Assembly: GCA_031366465.1 (NCBI GenBank) | Contig: JANLZT010000135.1 | Location: 1-37,030 of the forward strand | Source: Betaproteobacteria bacterium | Lineage (GTDB): Bacteria; Pseudomonadota; Gammaproteobacteria; Burkholderiales; Burkholderiaceae_C | Direction of reading: 5' to 3' | DNA: 37,030 bases | Shown: positions 20,183 through 30,174 of the stretch, in pieces | Numbering within the stretch: the first letter of the stretch is position 1 | Layout: each line of letters starts with the position of its first letter | Position numbers and translations under genes: made by a program | Notes under the pieces: model-generated | The model's database searches: none | What the model was told of the DNA's origin: nothing | Seen by the model: only the letters and a program-made list of their open reading frames with translations

Positions 20183-20611
20183 CTACAGCGCGACGGTTTG
20201 CCCGCCCCTCATACCAAGCCGGGGCAGCGGTTGCAGCTCACCCTGGTCTGGAAACATCTGGTCGAGCACGGCCTGCAATTCCAGGCGCAGGCGCTGGCTG
20301 CTGGGGTCGTCCAGGCCCAGTGCCGCAAACACCGCGCCGCGCAGCAGCCACAGATCACCCGGCTCCTGCACCTGGCGTAGCTGGTGGCGCAGCCAGGCAT
20401 GGCGCAGGCCTTCCAGCGCGTCGGCAGCGGCCATGAAGCGCTGTTTCAGAGCCACAAAGCTGCGCCGGGCGGCGATGCGGGCATGGCGGTCTTGCGGCAG
20501 GCCAGCGCCGGGCAGCATCGATTCACCGGCACCGGTGTCGACAAACTGGCGCGGCTGGGCCGGCATGCCCGCCGCTGCGGCATTGAACAAATCGATCTGC
20601 ATCGCCGGCAT
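20183..20611 (-). CDS. Hypothetical protein (paralog of neighbouring gene)
   Basis: ATG 20611 or 20602; protein-like composition; DLWLLRGAVF motif shared with neighbour. Confidence 0.6.
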   Translation of the reverse strand: MPAMQIDLFNAAAAGMPAQPRQFVDTGAGESMLPGAGLPQDRHARIAARRSFVALKQRFMAAADALEGLRHAWLRHQLRQVQEPGDLWLLRGAVFAALGLDDPSSQRLRLELQAVLDQMFPDQGELQPLPRLGMRGGQTVAL

Positions 20612-20625
20612 GGCCGTCAAAGCAC

Positions 20626-21087
20626 TCAGGGCACCAGTGCCGCCAGGCCGTTGCGCGGCGCGCGCACCGGAAAGTGCCGGTTCAGGCGCGACAAACGCCT
20701 CTCGGCCTCGGACTGGGTGCGCGCGGTCGCCACCTCGCCATAGACCGGCGAGCGCAGATGCCACAACTCGCGCAGTGAGCGAGCCCGCGATATCTTGTCG
20801 AGCAACTCCTGGCTGCCCAGCGATCCCAGGTCGGCCAGGCTGTCCTGGAACTCGGCCTTGACCAGCGCCAGCCGGTTGATCGGTCGGGCGGTGGCCGGCA
20901 GCCAGGGCGCACGATGGCGCAATTGCTGGCCCAGACGCTGCAACCGGCTTTGCCAGGACAGCGAGGACGGCCACAGCTCGGGCGGGCAGACCTCCACCCG
21001 CGAGTGCATCAAGCTGCTCGGCGGGCTGGCCGGCCTGCGTGAGACCAGACGCAACATCCAGGACTGGGGGGCCGTGTTCGGGTTCAT
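20626..21087 (-). CDS. Hypothetical protein with ELWHLR motif
   Basis: ATG 21087; helical composition; aligns without gaps to the neighbouring ORF over 40 aa. Confidence 0.65.
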   Translation of the reverse strand: MNPNTAPQSWMLRLVSRRPASPPSSLMHSRVEVCPPELWPSSLSWQSRLQRLGQQLRHRAPWLPATARPINRLALVKAEFQDSLADLGSLGSQELLDKISRARSLRELWHLRSPVYGEVATARTQSEAERRLSRLNRHFPVRAPRNGLAALVP

Positions 21088-21349
21088 GGCGATCTTTTCG
21101 GCAAGACTGCTCGCAAGCTGAGGCTTGATCACGCCGGCCCGGCCAGCGGCGTCGGGTAGCGGCGTCTTGCAGGAGCGCTGGGCCGGGCTGTTTGTGGTGG
21201 GCATTGGCCATTGTTGAAGCCGGCACGCGCTGCGCAATGCCCGAACAAGTGGCCTAAGCGGCGCCACTTCGGCCGCCTGGGCAGGCCTCGGCCGGCTGGT
21301 AGGCTTGCGCCCGCTGATGACAGGGCCGTGCCTGGCCGGGGAGACACCG

Positions 21350-23809
21350 ATGTTTGGAAAATTCTTGCGCCGCAGCCTCACGCTGCTGTTGCTGGTCGTG
21401 GTGGTGGCCGCGCTGCTGGCCTGGTTCCACGCGCACCGGGTGCTGCCGCAGACCGAGGGCCGGCTGCTGCTGGCCGGCGCGCAGGCCGAGATCCGCATCG
21501 AGCGCGATGAGCATGGCATCCCCAGCATCGCGGCCGCCAGCCTGCGCGATGCGATGTACGGCCTGGGCGTGGTGCATGCGCAAGACCGGCTGTGGCAGAT
21601 GGAGACGCACCGCCGTATCGGTGCCGGCCGGCTGGCCGAGGCCTTTGGTGAGGCGGCGGTCGAGACCGACCGTTTCCTGCGCGTGCTGGGCGTGCGGCGG
21701 GTGGCGGCAGTGCAGTGGGCGCAAGTGTCACCGGCCTCGCGCGAGATGCTGCTGGCCTACACCGACGGCGTCAACGCGGTGATCAACAACTTGAAGGCGC
21801 GGCCGCCCGAGTTTGTGATCCTGGGCCTGCAGCCCGAGCCCTGGACGCCTGAGGACAGCCTGGCCTGGGCCATCATGATGGCCTGGGACCTGGGCGCCAA
21901 CTGGCAGACCGAGCTGATCCGCCTGCGCCTGGCGCTCAAACTGCCCAAGGAGCGCATCGACCAGCTGCTGCCGCCCTACCCGGGTGAGCCGGTGCCGGCC
22001 AGCATGGACTACGTGGCCTTCTACCGCAGCCTCAAGCTGGATGGGCAGCAGGCCCTGGCCGAGCCCGCGCTGCTGCGCCTGATGGCGGCGGCGCCCGAGA
22101 GCGAGGTCGAGGGCGTGGGCAGCAACAGCTGGGTGCTGGCGGGCAGCCGGACCAGCACCGGCAAGCCGTTGCTGGCGAGCGACCCGCACTTGAAGTTGTC
22201 CAGCCCGGCGCTGTGGTACTTCGCCCGCATCTCAGCACCCGGCTACCAGGCGGCCGGCGCCACCTTGCCCGGCCTGCCCGGGGTGGTGATGGGCCAGAAC
22301 CAGCACATCGCCTGGGGCCTGACCAACACCGGCCCCGATGTGCAGGACACCTACCTGGAGCGCATCAAGCCCGAGGACGCCGGCCAGTACCAGACGCCCG
22401 ACGGCTGGGCCGCCTTCGAGACCCGGCAGGAGGTGATCAAGGTGCGCGGCGGCGCGGACGTGGCGATCACCGTGCGCAACAGCCGCCATGGCCCGGTGAT
22501 CAGCGATGTGGCGTCGGCCGGGGTGGCTGACGAGGCCCTGGGCCCGAAGGCCAAGCCCGCGAATGTTCCAAGCTACGCCATCGCGCTGCGCTGGACCGGC
22601 CTGGACATCGACAGCGACATCATGGCCACCACGCTGGCGATGAATACCGCTGGGTCGGTGGACGAGTTCATCAAGGCCAGCGCCAGCTGGGTAGCGCCGC
22701 AGCAGAACATGGCAGTGGCCGACGATGCCGGCCATATCGCGCTGGTCTCGCCCGGCCGGGTGCCGCTGCGAAAACCTGAGAACGACTTGTCGGGCCTGGC
22801 CCCGGCGCCGGGTTGGGATGCGCGTTATGACTGGGCCGGCTACCTGCCGGTGGACGTGCTGCCCCAGCAGCGAGACCCGGTGCGCGGCTTCATCGCCAAT
22901 GCCAACCAGAAGATCACCCCGCCGGGCTATGAGCCCTTCATCAGCCACCAGTGGGCGATGCCCTACCGCCACCAGCGCATCGAGCAGATGATCGAGGCCG
23001 CACCCCGGCACGGCCTGGCCGACCTGCGGCGCATGCAGGGTGATGTCAAGTCACTGGCGGTGCAGCGCCTGCTGCCGCGCCTGCTGCAGGCGCAGTCCGA
23101 GCACCCGCTGGCGGCGGCGGCACAACAGCAACTGGCGGGCTTTGACGGCACGATGGCGTCCGACAAGGCCGCCCCGCTGATCTACTGGGCCTGGCACCGG
23201 GCCTTGTCGGAGCGGGTGCTGGCCGACGAACTGGGCGCGCCAATCTACGACCGGCTGCTGGGCCAGCGCGGCTACTTTGATGCGCTGGAGGGGGTGCTGG
23301 CCCGCGATGACGCCTGGTGGTGCGACGACAAGACCACTGCCGCTGTCGAGACCTGCCAGGGCCAGATCGATGCTGCCTTCACCGCCGCGCTGGTCGAGCT
23401 GCAGGCTTTGCAGGGCGCCGACGTGGCGGCCTGGCAATGGGGCAGGGCCCACCAGGCCCGCTCAGAGCACCGGCCGTTCTCGCGCGTCAAGCTGCTGGCG
23501 CGCTGGTTTGAGCAACGCCAGACCGTGGGTGGCGACAGCTACACCGTCAACGTCGGCCGGGTCAGCCTGAAGGCCGATGCCAGCACCGGCGAGTTCTACC
23601 TAGACGAGCATGGCCCCAGCCTGCGCGGCCTGTATGACCTGGGTGACCGCAGCCAGTCGCGGGTGATGCACAGCACCGGGCAGAGTGGCATCCCGTGGTC
23701 GCCGCACTTCCGCAGTTTTTCGGCGCCCTGGGCCCGGGTGGACGGCGTGCCGCTGTGGCCGGCGCCGGGCGGTCCGGTCAAGGCGCTGGTGATCGTGCCG
23801 GCGCGCTAG
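21350..23809 (+). CDS. Penicillin acylase / AHL acylase family Ntn hydrolase, N-terminally membrane-anchored
   Basis: GGGGAG RBS; HAQDRLWQM, GSNSW nucleophile, SDPHL, RHGP, NANQ, GQSG motifs. Confidence 0.9.
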   Translation: MFGKFLRRSLTLLLLVVVVAALLAWFHAHRVLPQTEGRLLLAGAQAEIRIERDEHGIPSIAAASLRDAMYGLGVVHAQDRLWQMETHRRIGAGRLAEAFGEAAVETDRFLRVLGVRRVAAVQWAQVSPASREMLLAYTDGVNAVINNLKARPPEFVILGLQPEPWTPEDSLAWAIMMAWDLGANWQTELIRLRLALKLPKERIDQLLPPYPGEPVPASMDYVAFYRSLKLDGQQALAEPALLRLMAAAPESEVEGVGSNSWVLAGSRTSTGKPLLASDPHLKLSSPALWYFARISAPGYQAAGATLPGLPGVVMGQNQHIAWGLTNTGPDVQDTYLERIKPEDAGQYQTPDGWAAFETRQEVIKVRGGADVAITVRNSRHGPVISDVASAGVADEALGPKAKPANVPSYAIALRWTGLDIDSDIMATTLAMNTAGSVDEFIKASASWVAPQQNMAVADDAGHIALVSPGRVPLRKPENDLSGLAPAPGWDARYDWAGYLPVDVLPQQRDPVRGFIANANQKITPPGYEPFISHQWAMPYRHQRIEQMIEAAPRHGLADLRRMQGDVKSLAVQRLLPRLLQAQSEHPLAAAAQQQLAGFDGTMASDKAAPLIYWAWHRALSERVLADELGAPIYDRLLGQRGYFDALEGVLARDDAWWCDDKTTAAVETCQGQIDAAFTAALVELQALQGADVAAWQWGRAHQARSEHRPFSRVKLLARWFEQRQTVGGDSYTVNVGRVSLKADASTGEFYLDEHGPSLRGLYDLGDRSQSRVMHSTGQSGIPWSPHFRSFSAPWARVDGVPLWPAPGGPVKALVIVPAR

Positions 23810-23853
23810 GCGGGCGGCCGGGCGGGCTTGCGCTGGCCCTGGCCGCTCGCCGC

Positions 23854-24189
23854 TCAGACCGTGCCGTAGACCTGCTTGCGCTGTGCGGTGTAGGCCCACC
23901 ACGGCGCCGGGGCGGCGCCGCGCATGAAGTCGGTGACGGCCATGAAGGTGTCCAGCACACAAGGGTCTTGCCGTTTGCCGCTGTGCGCGCACAGGGCCTG
24001 GTAGAGCGCAAAAGCATCCCGGTGGGCCAGCTCTTGCGGGTGCAGGATGCCCAGGGCACGCAGGTCACCGGCCATCGCCGGGCCGACATTGGGCAGTTGC
24101 TCCAGGCGCTGGCAGTCGGCGGCGCAGGCCGCCTTGGGCGCCTTGACAGCCACGCCGGTGGGGTGAGCGGTGGGCGCGCCCATGCTCAC
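23854..24189 (-). CDS. Helix-hairpin-helix protein (Cdd1 / mitomycin-resistance McrB-like)
   Basis: LEQLPNVGP HhH, DPCVLD, WWAYT; GTG overlaps lexA stop (alternative ATG 24183). Confidence 0.78.
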   Translation of the reverse strand: MSMGAPTAHPTGVAVKAPKAACAADCQRLEQLPNVGPAMAGDLRALGILHPQELAHRDAFALYQALCAHSGKRQDPCVLDTFMAVTDFMRGAAPAPWWAYTAQRKQVYGTV

Positions 24190-24917
24190 ATCAGCGCTGT
24201 GTTGCGGATCAGGCCGACGGCGATGCCTTCAAGCTCAAAGCGGTCACCATCGCCCACCACGATGGGCTGGAAGTCGGGGTTCTCGGGCAGCAGGGTGATG
24301 CCGCCCTGGCCACCCGGGTTGCGCTGCAGGCGCTTGACGGTGACCTCGTCGCCCAGCCGGGCCACCACGATCTGGCCGTTGCGGGCCTCGCTGGTCTTGT
24401 GCACGGCCAGCAGGTCGCCGTCGAGGATGCCGGCGTCGCGCATGCTCATGCCGCGCACCCGCAGCAGGTAGTCCGGTTTGCCCGTGAACAGCGACGCGCC
24501 CACCACATAGCTCTGGTCAATGTGCTCTTGCGCCAGGATCGGGCTGCCGGCGGCCACCCGGCCCACCAGCGGCAGGGTGAGCTGCATCAGGCCCGGCAGC
24601 GGCAGCGAGAATTGGTGGCCGGCAGGCCGGCCGCCGGACGGTTGGTGGGCCAGCGCCCGGGCCTGGTTGAGCGCGCGCAGGGTGTCGGCCGTCAAGCGGA
24701 TGCCGCGCGAGGTGCCGCCCACCAGCTCCAGCACGCCCTTGCGGGCCAGCGCCTGCAGGTGCTCCTCGGCGGCGTTGGCGGATTTGAAACCCAGCTCGGT
24801 GGCGATCTCGGCCCGAGTGGGCGGGGCCCCGGTGCGCTCGATGGCGTGGTGCACCAGGTCGAGAATCTGTTGTTGGCGGGCGGTGAGCTTGGGCGCGGCG
24901 GCTGGCGAGTTGTCCAT
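24186..24917 (-). CDS. lexA: SOS repressor LexA
   Basis: [17 protein letters not shown] cleavage site, GMSM catalytic Ser, TVKR Lys; ATG 24917. Confidence 0.96.
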   Translation of the reverse strand: MDNSPAAAPKLTARQQQILDLVHHAIERTGAPPTRAEIATELGFKSANAAEEHLQALARKGVLELVGGTSRGIRLTADTLRALNQARALAHQPSGGRPAGHQFSLPLPGLMQLTLPLVGRVAAGSPILAQEHIDQSYVVGASLFTGKPDYLLRVRGMSMRDAGILDGDLLAVHKTSEARNGQIVVARLGDEVTVKRLQRNPGGQGGITLLPENPDFQPIVVGDGDRFELEGIAVGLIRNTALM

Positions 24918-24979
24918 GGGGCATCCTGACGGCGAGTGGGACAAGGGCTGGACGGGCGTGCATCCCAGCGGCTGCCGGG

Positions 24980-25014
24980 CTGACGTTTTATCCAGTGGCT
25001 GTATTTTTATCCAG
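24980..25014. promoter_or_regulatory. Two tandem SOS boxes CTGACGTTTTATCCAG (24980-24995) and CTGTATTTTTATCCAG (24999-25014)
   Basis: CTG-N10-CAG with AT-rich cores directly upstream of lexA. Confidence 0.85.
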
Positions 25015-25025
25015 ACAGGGCATCT

Positions 25026-26015
25026 ATGCCAAGCACGAATTTGCCGGACACGAATTTGCCAGACATGAATTTGCCAAGCACCCTGGTGATCCTGGGCACC
25101 GGCGGCACCATCGCCGGCACCGCCGCCGATGCTGGCGACAACGTGGGCTACACCGCCGCGCAGCGGTCGGTGGCCGATTTGCTGGCCGGCGTGGCGGGAC
25201 TGCCCGGCCTGGCCGGCCTGCAAATCGAGGCCGAGCAGGTGGCCCAGCTCGACAGCAAGGACTTCGGAGTCACCACCTGGCAGGCGCTGGCGCAGCGGGT
25301 GGCGGCCCACCTGGCGCGGCCCGAGGTGGCCGGCCTGGTGATCACCCATGGCACCGACACGCTGGAAGAAACCGCCTGGCTGCTGCAGCGGGTGCTGGCG
25401 CCAGCCAAACCGGTGGTGTTGCTGGCGGCGATGCGCCCGGCCACCGCCGTGATGGCCGACGGCCCGCAGAACCTGCTGGATGCGCTGGCGGTGGCGCGCA
25501 GCCCGGGCGCCCGGGGCGTGGTGGCAGTGCTGGCCGGCCGGGTGCATGCGGCGGGCCGGGTGCGCAAGCTGCACACCTACCGGCTGGATGCCTTTGATTC
25601 GGGCGACGCCGGGCCGCTGGGCGTGGTGGAGGAGGGCGTGTTGCGCCGCTTTCAGGATTGGCCAGACAGCGGCGCAGCGCTGGGCCTGGCCACGCTGGCG
25701 CCGCCGGCTGCTGATTGGCCCTGGGTGGAAATCGTGCACAGCCATGCCGGCGCCGGGCCACGGGCGATCTCGGCGCTGCTGGCGGCTGGGGTGCAAGGCC
25801 TGGTGCTGGCCGCCACCGGCAACGGCACGCTGCACCAGGCCCTGCAGCCGGCGCTGGACCAGGCCAAGGCGGCCGGCGTGCCGGTGTGGCGTTGCACGCG
25901 GTGCGCGGCAGGCGTGCTGGTGGGGGCCGATGCCGGGCCGGCGGCGGCGATGTCGCCCTGGCAGGCCCGGGTGGAGCTGGTGCTCAGCCTGCTGGCCGGG
26001 CCGGTCGCTGTTTGA
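25026..26015 (+). CDS. L-asparaginase/glutaminase family (alternative start 25065)
   Basis: [33 protein letters not shown] motifs. Confidence 0.9.
   Translation: MPSTNLPDTNLPDMNLPSTLVILGTGGTIAGTAADAGDNVGYTAAQRSVADLLAGVAGLPGLAGLQIEAEQVAQLDSKDFGVTTWQALAQRVAAHLARPEVAGLVITHGTDTLEETAWLLQRVLAPAKPVVLLAAMRPATAVMADGPQNLLDALAVARSPGARGVVAVLAGRVHAAGRVRKLHTYRLDAFDSGDAGPLGVVEEGVLRRFQDWPDSGAALGLATLAPPAADWPWVEIVHSHAGAGPRAISALLAAGVQGLVLAATGNGTLHQALQPALDQAKAAGVPVWRCTRCAAGVLVGADAGPAAAMSPWQARVELVLSLLAGPVAV
25027..25081. repeat. 15-bp imperfect tandem repeat (TGCCRRRCAYGAATT) x3.7 at asparaginase 5' end
   Basis: tgccaagcacgaatt tgccggacacgaatt tgccagacatgaatt tgccaagcac. Confidence 0.9.
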
Positions 26016-26040
26016 CCACCCGGCCTCAGTGCAGCAAGGC

Positions 26041-26466
26041 TCAGACCACCGTCAGCGTCACGTCGACGTTGCCGCGGGTGGCGTTGGAATACGGGCAAAC
26101 CTTGTGCGCGGCGGCCACCAGGGCCTCGGCGGCGGCGCGCTCAAAGCCGGGCAGCGTGATGCGCATGGCCACCTGGACGTTGAAGCCGCCGGGGATCGGG
26201 CCGATGCCGACGTCGGACGTGATCGACACATCGTCGGGCACCTTGATCTTCATGCCGGCGCCCACCGCCTTCATGGCGCCGATGAAGCAGGCCGCGTAGC
26301 CGGCGGCAAACATCTGCTCGGGGTTGGTGCCGGCGCCGCCCGCACCGCCCAGCTCGCGCGGGGTGGACAAATCGAGATTGAGGGCGCCATCTGACGATTG
26401 CGCGGTGCCGGTGCGGCCGCCGGTGGCGGTGGCGGTGGCGGTGTAGACGACTTTATCGAGTGCCAT
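26041..26466 (-). CDS. ohr: Organic hydroperoxide resistance protein Ohr
   Basis: [24 protein letters not shown]. Confidence 0.95.
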   Translation of the reverse strand: MALDKVVYTATATATGGRTGTAQSSDGALNLDLSTPRELGGAGGAGTNPEQMFAAGYAACFIGAMKAVGAGMKIKVPDDVSITSDVGIGPIPGGFNVQVAMRITLPGFERAAAEALVAAAHKVCPYSNATRGNVDVTLTVV

Positions 26467-26498
26467 GGTGTGAGTCCTTGAAACAGTGGTTGCAGGGG

Positions 26499-26519
26499 AA
26501 AAAGCCCGCCAGTGCGGGC
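26499..26519 (-). terminator. Intrinsic terminator-like hairpin between ohrR and ohr
   Basis: Minus strand GCCCGC-ACTG-GCGGGC-TTTTT. Confidence 0.6.
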
Positions 26520-26536
26520 CGGGGATGCCGCAGCGC

Positions 26537-27049
26537 TCAGGCAGCGGCTGGGGACAGTGAGGCGCTGAGCTGCTGGCGCAGCGCGGTGAGTTGGGCGGTC
26601 AGTTGGCCGATCTGTTGCAGGTCACAGGCGGTGGCGCAGGCCACCGCCTGGGGCACCACCAGCGCCTGGGCCTTGAGCCTGCGGCCGGCCGGGCTGAGCC
26701 GCAGCAGCAGCCGGCGCTCATCGGTCGCATCGCGCTGGCGTTGCAGCAGGCCCAAGGCCTGCAGGCGCTTGAGCAGCGGGGTGAGGGTGCCCGAGTCCAG
26801 CGTCAGGCGCTGGCCCAGCGTGGACACGCTCAGGCCGTCGCCCTGCCACAGCACCAGCATCACCAGGTATTGCGGGTAGGTCAGGCCCAGCGGCGCCAGC
26901 AGCGGCTTGTAGACCTTGGTCATTGCCAAAGACGCGGCGTACAGCGCAAAGCAGAGTTGATGGTCCAGTGCCAGCCAATCCTGCGGCGCCGCAGCGGCCT
27001 GGCCGGCGACGGCTGGTGACAGCGTGGAGGGCCTGGGGTGGCGGGGCAT
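26537..27049 (-). CDS. ohrR: MarR-family regulator OhrR (2-Cys type)
   Basis: QLCFALYA sensor Cys, [27 protein letters not shown]-terminal CATAC. Confidence 0.9.
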   Translation of the reverse strand: MPRHPRPSTLSPAVAGQAAAAPQDWLALDHQLCFALYAASLAMTKVYKPLLAPLGLTYPQYLVMLVLWQGDGLSVSTLGQRLTLDSGTLTPLLKRLQALGLLQRQRDATDERRLLLRLSPAGRRLKAQALVVPQAVACATACDLQQIGQLTAQLTALRQQLSASLSPAAA

Positions 27050-27061
27050 GGACGCAATGTA

Positions 27062-27082
27062 GTGCGCAATTGAATTGCACAC
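27062..27082. promoter_or_regulatory. OhrR operator-like palindrome GTGCGCAATT-G-AATTGCACAC
   Basis: 10-1-10 inverted repeat with one mismatch and a CAATT-N-AATTG core, 12 bp upstream of ohrR ATG. Confidence 0.75.
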
Positions 27083-27236
27083 AAGTTAAATGGTATTGGC
27101 ATTTGGAGAGGCAAAGGCGCACATGGTGTGCAATAGGGGGGGCGCGCCATCCAGCCGGCTGCGCCACGGCCCCCCGGCGACCCAGCCGCCCGCACCCGGG
27201 ATGCCGCCCCCACCGGCCGCTGTACCGAGACCTGCC

Positions 27237-28754
27237 TTGACCCGTGTCCTGATCGCCGGCTACCAGCACGAGACCAACACCTTCGCCCCCAGCCTGGCGG
27301 ATTGGGCGGCCTTCACGCGGGGTGACTCGTTCCCGGCCTTTGTGCAGGGCGACCGGATGTTGACCAGCCTGGCGGGCATCAACCTGCCGGTGGGCGGCTT
27401 CATAGCCGCCGCGCGCGGCCGGGGCTGGACGCTGATCCCGTCCTGCTGGGCCGGCGCCATCCCGTCCAGCTTTGTCTCCCGCGATGCCTTCGAGCGCCTG
27501 GCCGGTGTGATCTGCGCCGACGTGGCAGCGGCTATCGCGCCGGGCCAGCCCGGCCTGGACGCGATCTACCTCGACCTGCACGGCGCGGCGGTGGCCGAGC
27601 ATGTGGCCGACAGCGAGGGCGAACTGCTGGCCCGGCTGCGCGCGCTGGTGGGCCCCGGCCTGCCCATCGTTGCCAGCCTGGACCTGCATGCCAATGTCAC
27701 CCACCGCATGCTGCGCGAGGCCGACGCACTGGTGGCCTACCGCACTTACCCGCATGTCGACATGGCCGAGACCGGCGAGCGTGCCGCCGACCTGCTGGCG
27801 CGCCGGCTGCGCGCCGGCCAGCGCCTGCCGCTGCATGCGCGGCGCCTGCCCTTCCTGATCCCGATCAATGCCCAGAGCACCTGGCTGTGCCCGGCGCGCG
27901 AGCGCTTTGAGGAGCTGTCAGCCCTGAGCAACGAGCACGCCACGGTGTTGAGCTTTTGCATGGGCTTCCCGGCGGCCGACTTTGACGAATGCGCGCCGAT
28001 GGTCTGGGGCCATGGCGAGGACGACGGGGCCTGCCAGCGGGCAGTGGCGCGGCTCTACCAGCGGGTGGCCGAGCCGGCGCAGTGGCGGCTGGAGATCCTG
28101 GCCGCCCAGACGGCGGTGGCGCTGGCGCTGCGGCTGGCCGAGCATGCCGCGCGCCCGGTGCTGATCGCCGACACCCAGGACAACCCGGGTGCCGGTGGCG
28201 ACAGCAACACCACCGGCTTGCTGCACGCGCTGCTGGCCCAGGGCGCCGGCCGGCGCTATCCCGGCCAGGTGGCCTTGGGCCTGATGTTCGATGCGGCGGC
28301 AGCCCGGGCCGCCCATGCGGCCGGGCTGGGCGCCGAGATCGACATCAGCCTGGGCAGGGCGGTGCCCACCTTCACCGGCCAGCCCAGCGACGCACCGGTG
28401 CGCGGGCGCTTCAAGGTGCGTGCGCTGAGCGACGGCGCCTGCACCCTGACCGGCCCGATGATGACCGGCCTGACGGTGCAACTGGGCGCCAGCGCCTGCC
28501 TGGAGATCGAGGGCATCCTGGTGGCGGTGGTCAGCGGCAAAAAGCAGTTGCTGGACCGCCAACTGCTGCGCACGGTGGGCATCCAGCCCGAGGCGATGCG
28601 GGTGATCGTGGTCAAGAGCAGCAACCACTTTCGGGCTGATTTTTCGCCCATCGCCAGCCAGATCCTGGTGGCCAAGGCGGCCGGGCCGATGGCCGCTGAC
28701 CCGGCCGATCTGCCCTGGCAGCACCTGCCGACGGGGATGCGTCGCAGGCCCTGA
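27237..28754 (+). CDS. M81 family metallopeptidase (MlrC-like)
   Basis: HETNTF, LDLHGA, DLHAN, YRTYPHVD, DTQDNPGAG, KSSNHFRA; start TTG 27237 or ATG 27201. Confidence 0.88.
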   Translation: MTRVLIAGYQHETNTFAPSLADWAAFTRGDSFPAFVQGDRMLTSLAGINLPVGGFIAAARGRGWTLIPSCWAGAIPSSFVSRDAFERLAGVICADVAAAIAPGQPGLDAIYLDLHGAAVAEHVADSEGELLARLRALVGPGLPIVASLDLHANVTHRMLREADALVAYRTYPHVDMAETGERAADLLARRLRAGQRLPLHARRLPFLIPINAQSTWLCPARERFEELSALSNEHATVLSFCMGFPAADFDECAPMVWGHGEDDGACQRAVARLYQRVAEPAQWRLEILAAQTAVALALRLAEHAARPVLIADTQDNPGAGGDSNTTGLLHALLAQGAGRRYPGQVALGLMFDAAAARAAHAAGLGAEIDISLGRAVPTFTGQPSDAPVRGRFKVRALSDGACTLTGPMMTGLTVQLGASACLEIEGILVAVVSGKKQLLDRQLLRTVGIQPEAMRVIVVKSSNHFRADFSPIASQILVAKAAGPMAADPADLPWQHLPTGMRRRP

Positions 28755-28814
28755 GCCCGACACGCCTTGATCGCGCAGCCCGCCCAGGCTTGCGCAGCGG
28801 CCAGGCGGGCCGGA

Positions 28815-30173
28815 TCAGCGCACCGGCACGCTGCCCGGTACAAACAGCGCTTCCATCTCGCGCCGGCTGCGGTAGGCCGAGCTGCTGGTGTCGATCTGCA
28901 CATCGTCCCAGCACAGGCTCTGGCCCTGCCGCACCGGCCGCAGCAGCTTGACGCCATGCGCCAGCCCCAGCGGCAGGCCGCCCAGCGTGGCGGACGTGGC
29001 CGCCGGCAGCAGCTTGCCCCACACCGTGTAGCCGCCTTCGCCGTCCAGCAGCTCGCCCGCCACCAGATCGCGCTTGGCGGTGGCCACCACATCGGCGCCC
29101 CAGGCCGTGGGCACGCCGGTGGCCTCAGCGCGCAGCACCACGCTGGCCACCGACTGGCCCACCTCCAGGCCGATCAAATGCCAGCGCTTGTAGAGCGTGA
29201 AATAGCGGCCGCTCGGGTCGGTGTGGGCGTTGTATTCCTCAAAGCAGTTTTTGATGTAGTCGGTCTCGGCCTCGACCGTCACCCACACGCCCATGCGGAT
29301 GTCGTAGGGGATCGGGCGGCCATCGGCCTGCAGCGACGAGATCACCTCGACCATGCCCTTGCGCTCCAGCATGCCGCCTTCACTGATCGGCCGGGTCACG
29401 AAGGGGATATCTTCGATGCTGGCCGGCGGGTAGAGCAGGCCATTGCTGGGCACGCTCAAGCCGGTGGCATTGGCCACCGCGGTGGATTCAATCGACGGCT
29501 TGCTGCCGTCGAGAAAGCTGTTGAACATCTTGGGGTTGAGCCCGCCGCGCACCGCCTGCTCGGGCGTCAGGCCGTAGTGGCCCCACACCGTGTCGGGCGT
29601 GCTCTGGGCAAAATGCGGCAGCCATTTGTGGCCGCGCCCGGCCGCCACCACCGGGAAGCCGCAGGTGCGGGCCCAGTCCACCAGGTCACAGATCAGCGCC
29701 GGCTGGTCGCCGAAGGCCAGCGAGTAGATGACACCCGCCTCGGCCGCCCGCCGCGCCAGCAAGGGGCCGCAAAAGGCATCGGCCTCGACCGTCACGTTGA
29801 CCACATGTTTTTTCTGGGCAAAGGCCGCCAGGCAGTGGTCCACGGCGGCTGCAGGTGAGCCGGTGCACTCCACCACCACGTCGATACCCGGGTGGCGCAC
29901 CAGGGCCTGCCAGTCGTCGCCCAGATGGGTGCTGCCGAGTTGCATCGCCTCATCGATCGACGCGGCGCGGCTGCGCGCATCAGCCCAGCCGACCCGGGCC
30001 AGGTTGGCGCGCGCCGCATCGGGCGACAGATCAGCAATCGCCACCAGGTGCACGCCCGGTGTGCGCGGCACCTGGGCCAGGTACATCGAGCCGAACTTGC
30101 CGGCACCGATCAGGCCGATGCGGATGGGGTTCTTGTCAGCAGCGCGCTGCTGCAGTTTGGCAAACAGGCTCAT
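28815..30173 (-). CDS. NAD(P)-dependent oxidoreductase with C-terminal SAF domain (COG4091-like)
   Basis: GAGKFG Rossmann, GDQP, FLDGSK, AKRDL..GELLDGEGG SAF; ATG 30173, 1 bp after the PhyH stop. Confidence 0.85.
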   Translation of the reverse strand: MSLFAKLQQRAADKNPIRIGLIGAGKFGSMYLAQVPRTPGVHLVAIADLSPDAARANLARVGWADARSRAASIDEAMQLGSTHLGDDWQALVRHPGIDVVVECTGSPAAAVDHCLAAFAQKKHVVNVTVEADAFCGPLLARRAAEAGVIYSLAFGDQPALICDLVDWARTCGFPVVAAGRGHKWLPHFAQSTPDTVWGHYGLTPEQAVRGGLNPKMFNSFLDGSKPSIESTAVANATGLSVPSNGLLYPPASIEDIPFVTRPISEGGMLERKGMVEVISSLQADGRPIPYDIRMGVWVTVEAETDYIKNCFEEYNAHTDPSGRYFTLYKRWHLIGLEVGQSVASVVLRAEATGVPTAWGADVVATAKRDLVAGELLDGEGGYTVWGKLLPAATSATLGGLPLGLAHGVKLLRPVRQGQSLCWDDVQIDTSSSAYRSRREMEALFVPGSVPVR

Positions 30174-30174
30174 C

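Noticed and set aside
21221-21236. GG-N10-GC element CGGCACGCGCTGCGCA upstream of the acylase
   Set aside because: The -12 lacks the TT of TTGC, no UAS or IHF support, and chance matches are common at this GC
25027-25081. Possible mini CRISPR array
   Set aside because: Contiguous 15-bp tandem units without spacers and no cas genes
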